Virus record (IMG/VR): IMGVR_UViG_3300042519_001698
Length of the DNA: 64,000 nucleotides
Source of the DNA: a virus
Direction: 5' to 3' (one strand)
The notes beneath the pieces were generated by a model, which was not told where the DNA came from, searched no databases, and worked only from the letters and a program-made list of their open reading frames with translations. The position numbers and the translations under genes were made by a program. Of the stretch, positions 1 to 8,587 are shown one piece after another. Position 1 is the first letter of the stretch. Each line of letters opens with the position of its first letter.

Positions 1-126
1 GGTATTAGAATCACCAGTATATACCTCCGCACCTGATAATATTAATTCTTGTTTGCATTTATTTAAAATGGAATCACACTCTTCAGGTGACAGGAAGTTT
101 TCAAATATATCTATATTACCAATCAT
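1..126 (-). CDS. Probable 2OG-Fe(II) oxygenase (prolyl-4-hydroxylase-like N-terminus), truncated by window edge
   Basis: Not in ORF track. Manual translation from ATG at 126: MIGNIDIFENFLSPEECDSILNKCKQELILSGAEVYTGDSNT, open to base 1. ENFLSPEEC is the typical N-terminal motif of P4H-like oxygenases. Confidence 0.55.
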   Translation of the reverse strand, partial: MIGNIDIFENFLSPEECDSILNKCKQELILSGAEVYTGDSNT

Positions 127-131
127 ATATT

Positions 132-341
132 TTATTTTTTAAGTCCGTACTTGATCCATTTATACCAAATTCTCTCATGAAAATAGTATTGTATCGGTTT
201 ATAAATCAATTCCGCAACACCAAACGCAGCACCGACTTTAATTGATCCACTTATCAACCACATTAATAGGAAACCAATTAACGTACTTACAATACGATAT
301 GAGATGGTTTTTGCTATGTGTCTCTTACGTTCTACTATCAT
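132..341 (-). CDS. DUF2061-like small membrane protein
   Basis: AKTISYRI...hydrophobic segments...YYFHERIW pattern; adjacent to cysC. Confidence 0.65.
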   Translation of the reverse strand: MIVERKRHIAKTISYRIVSTLIGFLLMWLISGSIKVGAAFGVAELIYKPIQYYFHERIWYKWIKYGLKK

Positions 342-721
342 TATCCTTTAGTTTGGTCATATTTAATTTCACCATCAGGTGTCATGTGACCAGTCCTAAT
401 GGCCGTTCCACTTATAACTGCAACATCTGCAGGTGGTTCATGGTAAATTACATCATAACCAACTCCTCTACCATAATTTACCGATTCAATGTCGGGTATA
501 ATTGATAATAAAATTTTATCAAAATTATTTGTAAAGAAAGGTTCATTTGATAATTCCTTTAAAATTTCTTGTGCCGTTTTAGGATTATTCTCGTCTTGGT
601 CAACATTTCTAATTGCAACCCAAACATTTTTACCTTGATTTAATTGTTGGTTGATTAACCACTCATGTCCTTTGTGCCAATTTTGCCATCTTCCGATGTA
701 CATTGCGTATTTTTTACTCAT
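341..721 (-). CDS. HIGH-superfamily nucleotidyltransferase (cytidylyltransferase-like; candidate minimal ATP sulfurylase)
   Basis: YIGRWQNWHKGH (HxGH motif) and a C-terminal ISGTAIR motif; overlaps the cysC stop by 4 nt. Confidence 0.7.
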   Translation of the reverse strand: MSKKYAMYIGRWQNWHKGHEWLINQQLNQGKNVWVAIRNVDQDENNPKTAQEILKELSNEPFFTNNFDKILLSIIPDIESVNYGRGVGYDVIYHEPPADVAVISGTAIRTGHMTPDGEIKYDQTKG

Positions 722-1152
722 ATATCTAATTTAACTGTTAGTTCGATGAATGAATCCACCTCTTTTTTATTGGTGGTATCAATATCTATGAAATTATTAT
801 TAGGGGTTTCATAATCGGTCACATGAAAATTTTCACGACCTCTTTCGTCTGTCGTGTGAACATATATTTCTTTAACTTGATTATTTTCTTTGAATTCTTC
901 TCGTTGGTCGCGGTATGGTGACACCAACGAAACAATAACGTTGAATCCTTTTTGACTCATGAATCGAGCAATATCTTGGGCTCTTTCGATATTTTTTCTT
1001 CTACCGAATTCTGAGTAATCTTTATTTTGAAAGATGTCACGCAAATCATCTCCATCAATGTGAATCACATTTTTATTTTCAAAATACGTGACTAAATGTT
1101 TAGCCAATGTAGTTTTTCCTGCACCGGGTTGACCTGTAAACCAATATATCAT
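718..1152 (-). CDS. cysC: Adenylyl-sulfate (APS) kinase
   Basis: WFTGQPGAGKTT P-loop, IDGDDLR, VSLVSPYRDQRE, YETP: classic APS kinase motifs, compact form. Confidence 0.9.
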   Translation of the reverse strand: MIYWFTGQPGAGKTTLAKHLVTYFENKNVIHIDGDDLRDIFQNKDYSEFGRRKNIERAQDIARFMSQKGFNVIVSLVSPYRDQREEFKENNQVKEIYVHTTDERGRENFHVTDYETPNNNFIDIDTTNKKEVDSFIELTVKLDI

Positions 1153-1215
1153 AATACTATAATATAGGTAAAAAAATCTAAAAAATCAAATAATTAATAG
1201 ATGATTTTTATCATC

Positions 1216-1332
1216 TTAGTGGTTGTAGGTAAATGGGTCTCTTTTACGTAGTTCCTCTAATTTCTTCTTAAATTCTTTTTTTCTTTTTCGGTCGGCAAAA
1301 TACTTCTTAATCCAATTAATTAACTTCATCAT
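1216..1332 (-). CDS. Small basic hypothetical protein (38 aa)
   Basis: Not in ORF track. MMKLINWIKKYFADRKRKKEFKKKLEELRKRDPFTYNH; starts 5 nt after the carbamoyltransferase stop and fills the gap. Confidence 0.6.
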   Translation of the reverse strand: MMKLINWIKKYFADRKRKKEFKKKLEELRKRDPFTYNH

Positions 1333-1337
1333 ATGTT

Positions 1338-3005
1338 TTATTTTTTATATATTACGTAATTTCCCATAACCAATAAATCCATTTCCGTATCGAAAAATGT
1401 ATCGATTGCGTCTTTTGGGGTTAGAACCATGGTCTTATCTTTAACATTGAACGATGTGTTCAAAAGTATTGGAAATCCGCTATGTTTTTTGAACTCTTCC
1501 AATAACTTATACATCATAGAATGTTTGAATACCGTTTGTACTCTTGCGGTTCCGTCAACATGAGTTACCGCCTTTAATTTAGACCTATATTCGGGTTTAA
1601 CCTGTACCACTTGGTTCATGTATGGTATGTCACCATTCATCTCAAAATAGACCTCTTGTTCGTCTTTAATAACCATTGGTGCGAATGGTCTAAACCCTTC
1701 TCTTTTCTTAATAACTCTATTAATCCTGTCCTTCATGTCGTCTAAGGTTGGGTTCGCTAATATTGATCTGTTACCTAAAGCTCTAGACCCAAATTCGATA
1801 TGACCATGAAACCAACCAACAACTTTACCTTCATTTAATTTTTTTGCAACATATTCCACTAAACCTTTCTCACTAACAAAATTTTTATAATTTAATCCGT
1901 GTATTGACTTTTTAATATCGTTATAAAGATATTCAGGTCCTAAAAATGGGTTTCTTGTTATTTTACTTCTAATCTTTTTTTCTTTAACAAGGTAGTGAAC
2001 CACGGCACCGATTGCAGACCCCGCATCCGATGGTGCTGGTGGAATCCATAAACTTTTAAAAGTAGAATTTTCTAAAATCTTTCCGTTAGCGGTTCCATTG
2101 TATGCACAACCCCCACCCAAACATAAATTACTACTGTTACTAATAATTGATACAGTTTTTAATATTTCAAATAAAACCTCTTCATATACTTTTTGTATTG
2201 AAGCGGCTAAATTTTCATGTATCGTTTCAATTTTCTCTTCAGGTAATCTTTGTTCAATCCCAAGTAGTTCTGGTAATTTTTCATTGAACATTATTTTATC
2301 TGACTTATTCCAAACAAATACATCCATATTACATTGTAAACTTGAATTTTTGTATGAAATTAATTTTCTCACCTTATCTAAGTAAATGTTTGGGTCTCCG
2401 TAAGATGCTAAACCCATCAATTTGTATTCACCTTCATTTGGTCTGAATCCAAGGAATGTAGTCATTGCGGTGTAATATAAACCCAATGAGTGAGGATATT
2501 TAGCCATACTACCATATTCAATTCCACCATAATCACATATTCCTAATGAAAGTGTATCGTGTTCACCCACACCGTCAACAGATAAACACATAGCTTTCTC
2601 ATAATGAGAAGTGTAATATGAATAATAAAGATGAGCTTCGTGATGTGTTGAATAAAACACATTTGGTGATAATTCTTTTAATCTTTTATCAATCTCCTTT
2701 GCGTTATTCTTTATTTTTAAATAAGACCTTAAAGAATATAGTGGGTTTTTAAACCATTGGGGTTTAATGTTCTGAATTACCCTTTCGTGTTTTAATTTAG
2801 GGTCTTCATAGTAACACACAGCTTGTAGATTTTTGTCTGTAATTTTGTAGTTTTTATAGATATAATCTAAAGCCATTACGGGAAATGAACTATCGTGTTT
2901 AATCCCTGTAAATTTCTCCTCCTCACAAGCAAATATCAATTGATTGTCTCTAAACAAAGAAACAGACGAATCGTGATAAAATGCTGAAATTCCAATTATG
3001 TACAT
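1338..3005 (-). CDS. O-carbamoyltransferase, NodU/CmcH family
   Basis: GISAFYHDSS, ACEEEKFTGIKHD, HHEAH, VDGVGE, EFGSRALGNRSILA, KKREGFRPFAP, HVDGTARVQTV, LLNTSFN. Confidence 0.95.
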   Translation of the reverse strand: MYIIGISAFYHDSSVSLFRDNQLIFACEEEKFTGIKHDSSFPVMALDYIYKNYKITDKNLQAVCYYEDPKLKHERVIQNIKPQWFKNPLYSLRSYLKIKNNAKEIDKRLKELSPNVFYSTHHEAHLYYSYYTSHYEKAMCLSVDGVGEHDTLSLGICDYGGIEYGSMAKYPHSLGLYYTAMTTFLGFRPNEGEYKLMGLASYGDPNIYLDKVRKLISYKNSSLQCNMDVFVWNKSDKIMFNEKLPELLGIEQRLPEEKIETIHENLAASIQKVYEEVLFEILKTVSIISNSSNLCLGGGCAYNGTANGKILENSTFKSLWIPPAPSDAGSAIGAVVHYLVKEKKIRSKITRNPFLGPEYLYNDIKKSIHGLNYKNFVSEKGLVEYVAKKLNEGKVVGWFHGHIEFGSRALGNRSILANPTLDDMKDRINRVIKKREGFRPFAPMVIKDEQEVYFEMNGDIPYMNQVVQVKPEYRSKLKAVTHVDGTARVQTVFKHSMMYKLLEEFKKHSGFPILLNTSFNVKDKTMVLTPKDAIDTFFDTEMDLLVMGNYVIYKK

Positions 3006-3021
3006 TTAAAATTCTTTTATT

Positions 3022-3162
3022 TTAATTAGTTTGAAATCCAATTTTATTGTAAATAAAATCGGAAATTATTTTATATCCTAATAAATTAGGATGAAATCCA
3101 CCTTCATTATATTCCCCTCCGTGTCCTGCAGTCCAACTATCTCCAAAACAAATTAGTTTCAT
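3022..3162 (-). pseudogene. Internally deleted SGNH/GDSL-like remnant (46 aa)
   Basis: Not in ORF track. MKLICFGDSWTAGHGGEYNEGGFHPNLLGYKIISDFIYNKIGFQTN: block I (GDS) is fused almost directly to block V (HPN..GY). Confidence 0.6.
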
Positions 3163-3183
3163 AGGTATAATATAATAAAAATT

Positions 3184-3984
3184 TTAGATAATTTCATTAT
3201 GAATTATGTTTTTTTCTTTTAGGTATGGAATTATGACTTCAGTTGCAAATTTCTCGTGTCCAAAACCATTTGGAATTAATTTTTCAGAATCCTTAAATCC
3301 ATTATCTGCACAATTTTCCTGTAACCAATCTAACATACTATATATGGGTAAAAATTGTCTTGTATCTATCATTCCATGTAGGTAAGTGACTTCATTATAA
3401 CCTAATATGTTTAATCTATAACATTCTCTTTTATAATCCGTTAATTTTGAAAAATCATACATTTTTAAAAAGTTCTTTTCATAATGAAAAATATCTACAT
3501 ATGATGTCATAAAATACTTAATTCCTAACTTATTTAAAAACCATTGTGTTCTTAATATGTGTTCCAAACTTAAAACATATGATTGCAGTTTATTGTATAT
3601 AATTTTAAAATATAATTCACAATCTTCAGAAGATGAAATACTATCATGATTTAAAATTCTCCAATTTTTTACATTGTCCACCACACTTGTAAACCCCGTT
3701 TCAGATTTACCCATATAATCATCATTTTTACCATTGGATATATACCTTTCATGTATCATAGGTATTGTCCACACAATTCCAACAATAATATCTTCTGTTT
3801 TATGTGTTTTAATTAATTCATTGACTTTATATATTATTTTTCTTGATATTATGGCGTTACTTATTTTTACTTCTGTTAAATCGTGAAGTTCATAATTTAA
3901 CTTTTCTTTACAGATATGTTGCCAACTATTTTTGTCATTAACAAACTCACCCCCCGCCGCAATAAAAATCTTATTTTCACTCAT
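3184..3984 (-). CDS. Degenerate SGNH-like protein, paralog of 3987-4742
   Basis: Shares IVGIVW, SLEHILRTQWFL..KYFMTSY and PNGFGHEK blocks with its neighbour. The GCSF motif is replaced by GGEF and the HP His by IP. Confidence 0.55.
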   Translation of the reverse strand: MSENKIFIAAGGEFVNDKNSWQHICKEKLNYELHDLTEVKISNAIISRKIIYKVNELIKTHKTEDIIVGIVWTIPMIHERYISNGKNDDYMGKSETGFTSVVDNVKNWRILNHDSISSSEDCELYFKIIYNKLQSYVLSLEHILRTQWFLNKLGIKYFMTSYVDIFHYEKNFLKMYDFSKLTDYKRECYRLNILGYNEVTYLHGMIDTRQFLPIYSMLDWLQENCADNGFKDSEKLIPNGFGHEKFATEVIIPYLKEKNIIHNEII

Positions 3985-3986
3985 TA

Positions 3987-4742
3987 TTAAATTATGTTAT
4001 TTTTTATTAAATGGGGAATTATTATTTCTTCAGTGAGTTTTACATTACCAAACTCATTAGGATGCCAGTCTAATTTTAAATCATTAAAACCATCCACAGG
4101 ATAATGTTCTCGATTCCATTCGTAAAAACCTTCTATCGGTAAAAATTTAGAAAAATCAACCATTTCATATAGATATTTTACATCTGGTTGATTCATAATT
4201 TTTTCATCAGAAAAAATATTCATAAATGAAGACATAAAGTATTTTATATTACAAATATCTAAATACCATTGTGTTCTAAGTATGTGTTCTAACGTTTGTA
4301 CCATTGATGAAATCTCATTATTGAATATTTTATAGTGTATAAAACAATCTTCCGATTTAATCCATTCGTGACTCATAATTCGCCACCTTCCTTTTCCTTT
4401 GTCATCGTAAACTCCCCAAGTTGGGTTTTGTTCTAAATAAGGTGGACCTACATATTCATCACCCGATTCAATGATTCTCTCATATCTATTCATTCCTGAC
4501 CACATTACTCCCACAATTATGTCATCTGAGTGATAATTTACTGGATAATTTACTGGATACTTTTCCAATATACTTATTAATTTTCTTGAGATTAATCCAT
4601 TCCCTTGGGACGGTAATGCGACGTTTTCTACATTAAAATCGTATCTTTTACCCAATTGGTACGGCCACGCAAATGAAGGATCTGTAAAACTACATCCACT
4701 TGTAATTAAAAGTTTCTTTGTTGTTGTATTTTCTATTGACAT
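3987..4742 (-). CDS. SGNH/GDSL-like hydrolase or acyltransferase
   Basis: LITSGCSFT N-terminus, NVALPSQGN, C-terminal DWHPNEFGN. Confidence 0.7.
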   Translation of the reverse strand: MSIENTTTKKLLITSGCSFTDPSFAWPYQLGKRYDFNVENVALPSQGNGLISRKLISILEKYPVNYPVNYHSDDIIVGVMWSGMNRYERIIESGDEYVGPPYLEQNPTWGVYDDKGKGRWRIMSHEWIKSEDCFIHYKIFNNEISSMVQTLEHILRTQWYLDICNIKYFMSSFMNIFSDEKIMNQPDVKYLYEMVDFSKFLPIEGFYEWNREHYPVDGFNDLKLDWHPNEFGNVKLTEEIIIPHLIKNNII

Positions 4743-4746
4743 TTGT

Positions 4747-4754
4747 TATAAAAT
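4747..4754 (-). promoter_or_regulatory. TATTTATA motif in divergent intergenic region
   Basis: Same motif recurs upstream of structural genes; lies 5 nt upstream of the start at 4742. Confidence 0.4.
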
Positions 4755-4810
4755 AAGTATAATTTATAATAAAGTAAAATACTTATAAATAAATAACTAA
4801 ATAAATAGAT

Positions 4811-5629
4811 ATGTACGAAAAGATAATTGAAAATTTAACGGTAAATGGTTACCATATTGGTCATTTTAATGAATTTTTTAATGACTTAACTGGTATTAAA
4901 GAAGAAGATTTTTTAAAATGGAGTGAGGTTTTTAAAAATACTTCGATAGAAAAAGATAAACACTATTGTTACAGACACAACTATATGGGACAAAATAATC
5001 CTGAAAATTATCTGAACTTACCCAATTACGTTGGTCCAACTCCAACCGATGAGGAAAAATTACAAGAAATTCCATATACAAGATCTCAAAATAGGAAAGA
5101 CTTTGTAAAGAAAGTGATTAATGGGGGTGGTGATATAAGAACAACACAACAATGGGCTAGATTAAAATTTGAAAATTTTAACTATGATGAGGTAAAACAA
5201 AATGAGGTTCGTGAAATGCACCAATTTTTTGAAAGTGTAGTTAGAGAACACACATCTCTCATATATCCTGAATTAATGGAAAAAAAGGAAACTTTTAGAC
5301 TTGCAACAGGTTATAGTGTTTATGATGATGGAGATTTTTCGGAGGTTCATTTTGATGGTATTAATCCAGGAAGAGCTTGTGTACTTATCATGTATTTTGC
5401 CGACCCAAATACATATCAAGAAGGTGATGGTGGTGAACTTTTTTTAGGTCACAAGATAAAAACAAACACCAATCAAGTTCTTGAATTTGAAGAACCATTT
5501 CAAAAATGTTTACCTGTTTATGGGAATTACGCCATAATGGATTTTACCAAGTATAATGTGGGTCACTCCATAGAAATGGTTAAAAATAACTTTAGAAGAT
5601 TCGCTTTACAATCTTTTGTTGGGCCTTAA
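4811..5629 (+). CDS. 2OG-Fe(II) oxygenase
   Basis: HFDG (HxD)...GGELF...GHSIEMV...RFALQSF; paralog of 12152-12883. Confidence 0.8.
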   Translation: MYEKIIENLTVNGYHIGHFNEFFNDLTGIKEEDFLKWSEVFKNTSIEKDKHYCYRHNYMGQNNPENYLNLPNYVGPTPTDEEKLQEIPYTRSQNRKDFVKKVINGGGDIRTTQQWARLKFENFNYDEVKQNEVREMHQFFESVVREHTSLIYPELMEKKETFRLATGYSVYDDGDFSEVHFDGINPGRACVLIMYFADPNTYQEGDGGELFLGHKIKTNTNQVLEFEEPFQKCLPVYGNYAIMDFTKYNVGHSIEMVKNNFRRFALQSFVGP

Positions 5630-5638
5630 TTTTAATAT

Positions 5639-6400
5639 ATGATACTATACACAAATGGATGTAGTTTTACCGCTGGTGGTGGACTAGAAGAATATGTAAA
5701 CCCCAATAATTTACCTAGTCAGGCCGATTTTATTAAAGAACATACTTGGCCTAAACATTTGGGTGATAATCTTGGTGTGGAAAAAATAATAAATCATGGT
5801 AGAATGTGTGGTAGTAATCACAGAATATTACGAACAACTTTTGATTTTTTAAGTCAAACTGAACATGATTATAAAGATATAATAGTTGGTATACAATTTA
5901 CTAATAACAATAGGTTTGAATATTACGAATCTTATTCCGAATCTGGTTCTAATGGTTGCAATATTTTATTAGGTAAAAACAATAATGAAGTTAAAAATCT
6001 TCAAGAAAATTGGAAACAAGTGAAAGTGGGTAGAAATGAGATGGGGTTTGACAATTATGAATTAGATTTATTAAAGAAGGAGACCGAATTTACAGATAGA
6101 TTTTTATCAATATATCAAAATGGTATAATTCAAGATTGTTACGATACATTATTCGTATTGAATACGATGCAAAATATTTTAGAAAAATTTGGAGTTAAAA
6201 AGTACTTTTTTTGGTCAGAGGAGAATTTTCACCATTATTATACTCCTGAAACCGAATCTTACATAAAAAAACATTTTGATTTACTTTTAATTAACGATAA
6301 AATGGGGATTGATTATTTGAAATGTGCTCATCCAAGTTTAGAGGGTCATAAAAAAATATCTGAAATTTTGTATGAATATTTTTTTAATAAAAACACATAA
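5639..6400 (+). CDS. SGNH/GDSL-like protein
   Basis: LYTNGCSFTAG, INHGRMCGSN, AHPSLEGHKKI. Confidence 0.7.
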   Translation: MILYTNGCSFTAGGGLEEYVNPNNLPSQADFIKEHTWPKHLGDNLGVEKIINHGRMCGSNHRILRTTFDFLSQTEHDYKDIIVGIQFTNNNRFEYYESYSESGSNGCNILLGKNNNEVKNLQENWKQVKVGRNEMGFDNYELDLLKKETEFTDRFLSIYQNGIIQDCYDTLFVLNTMQNILEKFGVKKYFFWSEENFHHYYTPETESYIKKHFDLLLINDKMGIDYLKCAHPSLEGHKKISEILYEYFFNKNT

Positions 6401-6439
6401 TTAATACCATTCTTAACAAATTTTACTTATACTTATCAT

Positions 6440-7411
6440 ATGAAAATACTAATAACAGGTGGAGCGGGATATTTGGGTTCTGTTATCACGGGCAAACTAT
6501 TAAATGCCAATCATGAGGTTACTGTACTTGACAAATTAATTTTTAATCAAGTTTCGTTACTATCTCACACATCTAATCCTAAATTTAAATTCATACATGG
6601 CGATGTAAGAAATGAAGTCTTGCTGGAAAAACTATGTAACGAATCGGATGTCATAATCCCTTTGGCTGCAATTGTTGGGTTTCCAGCATGTGACGCTGAA
6701 CCAGAATTAGCGAAACAAATTAATTTCCAACAAATTTTTAACATCGTTAAATTTACAAAAAATAAGAATAAAAAAATATTATATCCAAATACCAATAGTG
6801 GTTATGGTATAGGGGTGGGTCAAACAATGTGTACTGAAGAATCCTCATTAAACCCAATTTCAATATATGGTTCAACTAAAGTTGCTGCCGAAAATTATCT
6901 TAAATCGAATACTGATGCTATTATATTCAGATTGGCTACGGTTTTTGGCGTTTCTCCTCGTATGAGAACGGACTTATTAGTTAATGATTTTACATTTAAA
7001 GCAATCACCGACAAATATATTGTAGTTTTTGAAAAAACATTTAAAAGAAATTTCATTCACATTCAAGATGTTGCAAATGTCTTTCTTTTTATGTTAGAAA
7101 ATTATGAACAACATAGGGGTGAAGTTTTTAACGTTGGATTAAGTAGTGCAAATTTAAGTAAACAAGCGTTACTTGAAAAGATACAAAGTCATGTTAAGAA
7201 TTTTGCGGTGTCATATAATGATTACTATGAGGACCCAGATAAACGTGACTACGTGGTATCAAATGAAAAAGTTGAATCTACAGGATGGAAACCTGAATGG
7301 GATTTAGACATGGGTATAAAAGAATTAATAATGGCATATCAAATGATTGTACCTAAAATGGGTGCCGAATTTAGAAATGGTTTTCCTTTAGGATACGCAA
7401 ATCAAACATAA
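6440..7411 (+). CDS. NAD-dependent nucleotide-sugar epimerase/dehydratase/reductase (extended SDR)
   Basis: ITGGAGYLG, LAAIVG, YGSTK (YxxxK), RLATVFG, RNFIHIQD. Confidence 0.9.
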   Translation: MKILITGGAGYLGSVITGKLLNANHEVTVLDKLIFNQVSLLSHTSNPKFKFIHGDVRNEVLLEKLCNESDVIIPLAAIVGFPACDAEPELAKQINFQQIFNIVKFTKNKNKKILYPNTNSGYGIGVGQTMCTEESSLNPISIYGSTKVAAENYLKSNTDAIIFRLATVFGVSPRMRTDLLVNDFTFKAITDKYIVVFEKTFKRNFIHIQDVANVFLFMLENYEQHRGEVFNVGLSSANLSKQALLEKIQSHVKNFAVSYNDYYEDPDKRDYVVSNEKVESTGWKPEWDLDMGIKELIMAYQMIVPKMGAEFRNGFPLGYANQT

Positions 7412-7412
7412 T

Positions 7413-7958
7413 ATGAGTAATAAATGGGATGAGTTCATAGAAACTCCATCAAAAAAATTCGGGTACGAAGTACCTATCTTTACACCTTCAATTTATCGAG
7501 AATATAGAGGTGAAATCTTTACAACATTTCATAGTGAAGAACATCCAGTAATGAAACATATTCATTATGAAAAATCTGAAATTAGTATTCACGGTAGATT
7601 TTCCAAATCTTACAAAGGAGTATTAAGAGGATTACATTATGACAATAAAACTTGGAAGTTGGTTCAGGCTGCCGTTGGTGACATTTATCTAATTGTTTTA
7701 GATATGAGACCAAAATCAGATACCTTTGGTGAATGGGAATCCTTTATGATTACCGAGAAAGATAGAAATCAAGTATTGGTACCTCCGGGATTTGCCAATG
7801 GTCATTATGCGTTAACAGATTGTATGTTCCATTATAACTTATTTTATAAAGATGGTTATGTGGATGCAAATGAACAAGGTGTTGTTAAATGGAATGACCC
7901 CGAATATCAAATGGAATGGCCAACAAATAATCCAATATTACAAAAACGAGACAGATGA
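7413..7958 (+). CDS. rmlC: dTDP-4-dehydrorhamnose 3,5-epimerase family protein
   Basis: EYRGEI, GVLRGLHY, LDMRPKSDTFG, VPPGFANGH, WNDP: RmlC cupin motifs. Confidence 0.85.
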   Translation: MSNKWDEFIETPSKKFGYEVPIFTPSIYREYRGEIFTTFHSEEHPVMKHIHYEKSEISIHGRFSKSYKGVLRGLHYDNKTWKLVQAAVGDIYLIVLDMRPKSDTFGEWESFMITEKDRNQVLVPPGFANGHYALTDCMFHYNLFYKDGYVDANEQGVVKWNDPEYQMEWPTNNPILQKRDR

Positions 7959-8587
7959 TAAAAAATTTAGAACAATATCCCATTGTAAATGAAGTTCTTT
8001 GGGATAAACATGGTTTAAGTGGTTTTGAGAAGACAATTGCAGATCATTGGGAGGCTGGAAGAATAAAAGGTCCAGTACATTTAAGTGGTGGTAATGAAGA
8101 ACAATTAATTGAAATCGGTAAAAGAATAAAACCTACCGATTGGGTGTTTAGTACGTGGAGATCTCATTACCATGCACTAATTAAAGGAGTACCTTCAGAA
8201 TGGTTAGAACAAGAAATTTTAGAGGGACGTTCAATCACAATTCTTAGTGAAGAGTATAGATTTTACGCTTCCGCTATCGTTGGTGCAATTATACCGATTG
8301 CAACCGGTGTGGCAATGGCAAATAAAAGAGATGGTAAGGATGATGTGGTGTGGTGTTTTATTGGTGACATGGCATTTGAAACTGGTGGTTTCTATGAAAT
8401 GCACAAATACGCACAACGTTATAATTTACCCATACGTTTTGTAGTTGAGGATAATGGTGTATCAACAAACACACCAACAGAAGAAACATGGAACGGAATA
8501 AAAAGAGAAATACCGAATGACGTTATTTGGTATGAGTATAAAAAAGAATGGCCGCATTACGGAACAGGAAAATGGATTGTATTTTAA
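7955..8587 (+). CDS. TPP-dependent enzyme, E1-alpha-like subunit (compact)
   Basis: GPVHLSGGNE, TWRSHYH, GDMAFETG...VVEDNGVSTNTP (GD-x-NN TPP motif). Confidence 0.85.
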   Translation: MIKNLEQYPIVNEVLWDKHGLSGFEKTIADHWEAGRIKGPVHLSGGNEEQLIEIGKRIKPTDWVFSTWRSHYHALIKGVPSEWLEQEILEGRSITILSEEYRFYASAIVGAIIPIATGVAMANKRDGKDDVVWCFIGDMAFETGGFYEMHKYAQRYNLPIRFVVEDNGVSTNTPTEETWNGIKREIPNDVIWYEYKKEWPHYGTGKWIVF

